Positions 24,644-26,121 of a stretch of DNA of 26,121 nt are shown here, piece by piece; within the stretch, counting starts at the first letter, position 1; each line of letters starts with the position of its first letter. This DNA comes from a virus (Duplodnaviria; Caudoviricetes). The position numbers and the translations under genes are program-made. The stretch lies in the IMG/VR virus record IMGVR_UViG_3300038393_003171, positions 1 to 26,121 of that record. One strand, given 5' to 3'. Under the pieces are notes generated by a model that saw nothing but the letters and a program-made list of their open reading frames with translations, ran no database searches and was not told the DNA's origin.

Positions 24644-24972
24644 AAGGTGGCCTTTTTTGTGCGGGTTGTGAGGCGCGCACCCAATGCGCGAATCGGGCGG
24701 CGCACGCGGCGGGCTTTCGCCCTGGCCATCACGCCCCAGCGCGGGGTTGCCGCGCTGGCCGCGCCGGACTTGTCCTCCGAGCGCGCCTCACGGGTGGCAT
24801 TGTAGGAGTGCGAGGCCCGGCGCGGCTGGCAACCGCCGGCCCGGCCTGTCGAGTGGTTCGTGACCGCCTGGCCTCGCTGTGTGATTTTCCCCCAGGCCAC
24901 CCAGGAGGGTGATTCCCCAAAAGGACCATTTGCATCCACGCTGATCACTCCAACAACCCCTTGGAGACGACC

Positions 24973-25677
24973 ATGAAGATATTCCTGGCGCTGGCGCTCA
25001 CTGCAGCAGTGGGGCCAGTGCTTGCCGGCTCACCATTCGGCGCAACCGCAACGGTTACGGGCGTGAAGTGCGTCACCGTGGACCTGAAGATGGACGATGG
25101 GCTCGCGCCCTACGCGACGTTCCTGGCCGGCGAGCACTTCGGCGTGCAGGGGAAGGTGATCGGGCAGGAGGGCCAGGAGTCGTACTTCAACAGCAAGAGC
25201 GGGCCTCGCATGGCGTCGCCATACCTCAACATTTCCAAGCGTGCAGCCTCGGGCACGGCCCAGGTGGTGGCTGACCGCACGGGGAACGCCGGCATGATGA
25301 CGGCGAGCGCCATCACGGCGCCTGACCGCTTCTACGACGCCTTCGAGTTCAAGGCCCGCGACTACCCCGACATCAAGCTCGGACCGTACAGCGCCGTCGA
25401 GTGCTCGGGCAGCTATGTCGTGACTGCGTGGGCGAATACGAACGCCAAGGCCCCTGGCTCCGCCGGCAGCATGGCCTACGTTACCTGGGGTCAGGCCGGC
25501 AGTGGCCGCGGATCGGATCACGTCGATGCCTTCGTGAATCCGGCCAAGGGGCCGGCTTACGCGCAGAAGTCGGGCACGTTTACCTTCCGCTATGCCAACG
25601 ACACCAGCAACGAGGCTGTGGTTTTCGGCGGCATCGAGGCGTGGGTAAGCGGCGGCCAGGTCACGGCCAACCCGTAG
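24973..25677 (+). CDS. Secreted hypothetical protein with a Sec signal peptide; moron or host gene
   Basis: GGAG RBS before ATG 24973; 234 aa; MKIFLALALTAAVGPVLA signal peptide; beta-rich mature region; 329-bp upstream intergenic gap. Confidence 0.8.
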   Translation: MKIFLALALTAAVGPVLAGSPFGATATVTGVKCVTVDLKMDDGLAPYATFLAGEHFGVQGKVIGQEGQESYFNSKSGPRMASPYLNISKRAASGTAQVVADRTGNAGMMTASAITAPDRFYDAFEFKARDYPDIKLGPYSAVECSGSYVVTAWANTNAKAPGSAGSMAYVTWGQAGSGRGSDHVDAFVNPAKGPAYAQKSGTFTFRYANDTSNEAVVFGGIEAWVSGGQVTANP

Positions 25678-25734
25678 CGCACGCATCCCATAAGCGGCAA
25701 CCTTCGCCGCTTAGGTGAGGAAATTTTGGACATG

Positions 25735-25765
25735 AAAAAGGGCGCCGCAGGGCGCCCTTGTGTTT
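25735..25765. terminator. Probable bidirectional terminator between convergent genes
   Basis: AAAAAGGGCGCC-GCAG-GGCGCCCTTGTGTTT; the A-tract gives a U-tract on the minus strand. Confidence 0.75.
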
Positions 25766-25779
25766 GGTGCCGGCCCGCC

Positions 25780-26121
25780 TCAGCGGCCGAGGATCAGGTA
25801 GGCCACGCCGAATACCGCGTAGATGATGGCACCGCAGGCGATCCACCACAGCAGACGTAGCGTGGTGAAGCGGTAGGGGCCGCCGCCGAACTCGTGCGCC
25901 GGCACGACCCACAGGAAGCCCAGCACTGGGAATGCCAGCCGGTACGAGAGCCGGCGATTTTCCAGAGCCGCGTTGAGCCGCAGCAGCGTCCAGATGCCTG
26001 CCGCCAGCAGTAGGGGGCCGTTGAGCCCCACCGAATGGACAACGGCGCCCAGCGCCATGGCGGGCCAGGCCAGCGCGTCGATAACGGCAAGCGAGCGGCG
26101 GGTGATGTGCGGGGCGTTCAT
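25780..26121 (-). CDS. Small multi-pass membrane protein; ATG sits at the window edge, so it may extend further
   Basis: 113 aa with about four hydrophobic segments; converges on the shared terminator. Confidence 0.6.
   Translation of the reverse strand: MNAPHITRRSLAVIDALAWPAMALGAVVHSVGLNGPLLLAAGIWTLLRLNAALENRRLSYRLAFPVLGFLWVVPAHEFGGGPYRFTTLRLLWWIACGAIIYAVFGVAYLILGR

Larger units (their letters stand above)
1..24660 (+). mobile_element. Siphovirus-type (pro)phage late region: accessory structural, neck, tail and lysis modules; left end outside the window, right boundary approximate
   Basis: Co-directional, tightly packed genes in canonical order: connector, adaptor, gp10-like, terminator, tube, chaperones, tape measure, fibre, lysis. 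No sheath gene seen. No att site or integrase in the window. Confidence 0.92.

Noticed and set aside
24644-24972. tRNA or known ncRNA at the putative boundary
   Set aside because: No cloverleaf, T-loop GTTCRA consensus with a matching stem, or other recognisable RNA family by eye.
198-25686. Many long minus-strand and off-frame ORFs (e.g. 3066..4106, 6221..7219, 14080..15021, 23065..23958)
   Set aside because: Shadow ORFs expected in high-GC DNA; they overlap well-supported + strand genes and show no recognisable motifs.

Overview
This high-GC window is the late (morphogenesis and lysis) region of a long-tailed siphovirus-type phage or prophage, nearly all on the + strand; a Betaproteobacterial host is my inference from GC content and gene families. 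The recognisable core is: head-tail connector (6392), head-tail adaptor (6959), HK97-gp10-like (11359), DUF3168-like tail terminator (11925), major tail tube (12433), tail assembly chaperones joined by a G GGA AAC -1 frameshift (13176/13700), a 1735-aa tape measure, two tail-tip/fibre genes plus a fibre chaperone, and a lysis region with a T4-lysozyme-like endolysin and several membrane proteins. The unusual part is about 10.4 kb of accessory genes (1-6386 and 7298-11354) around and inside the neck operon. They encode small beta-sandwich proteins, a repeat-rich putative scaffold, a signal-peptide-less beta-helix protein and a signal-peptide-less glycoside hydrolase/Ig/SwmB protein. A likely homologue of the RcGTA head-spike base protein (Rcc01079 family) lies after the lysis genes. 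Together these suggest a modular, polysaccharide-targeting head/neck appendage system. The last ~1.4 kb (a secreted protein and a convergent membrane protein) may be morons or host DNA. All family calls are from motif recognition by eye; no database search was run.
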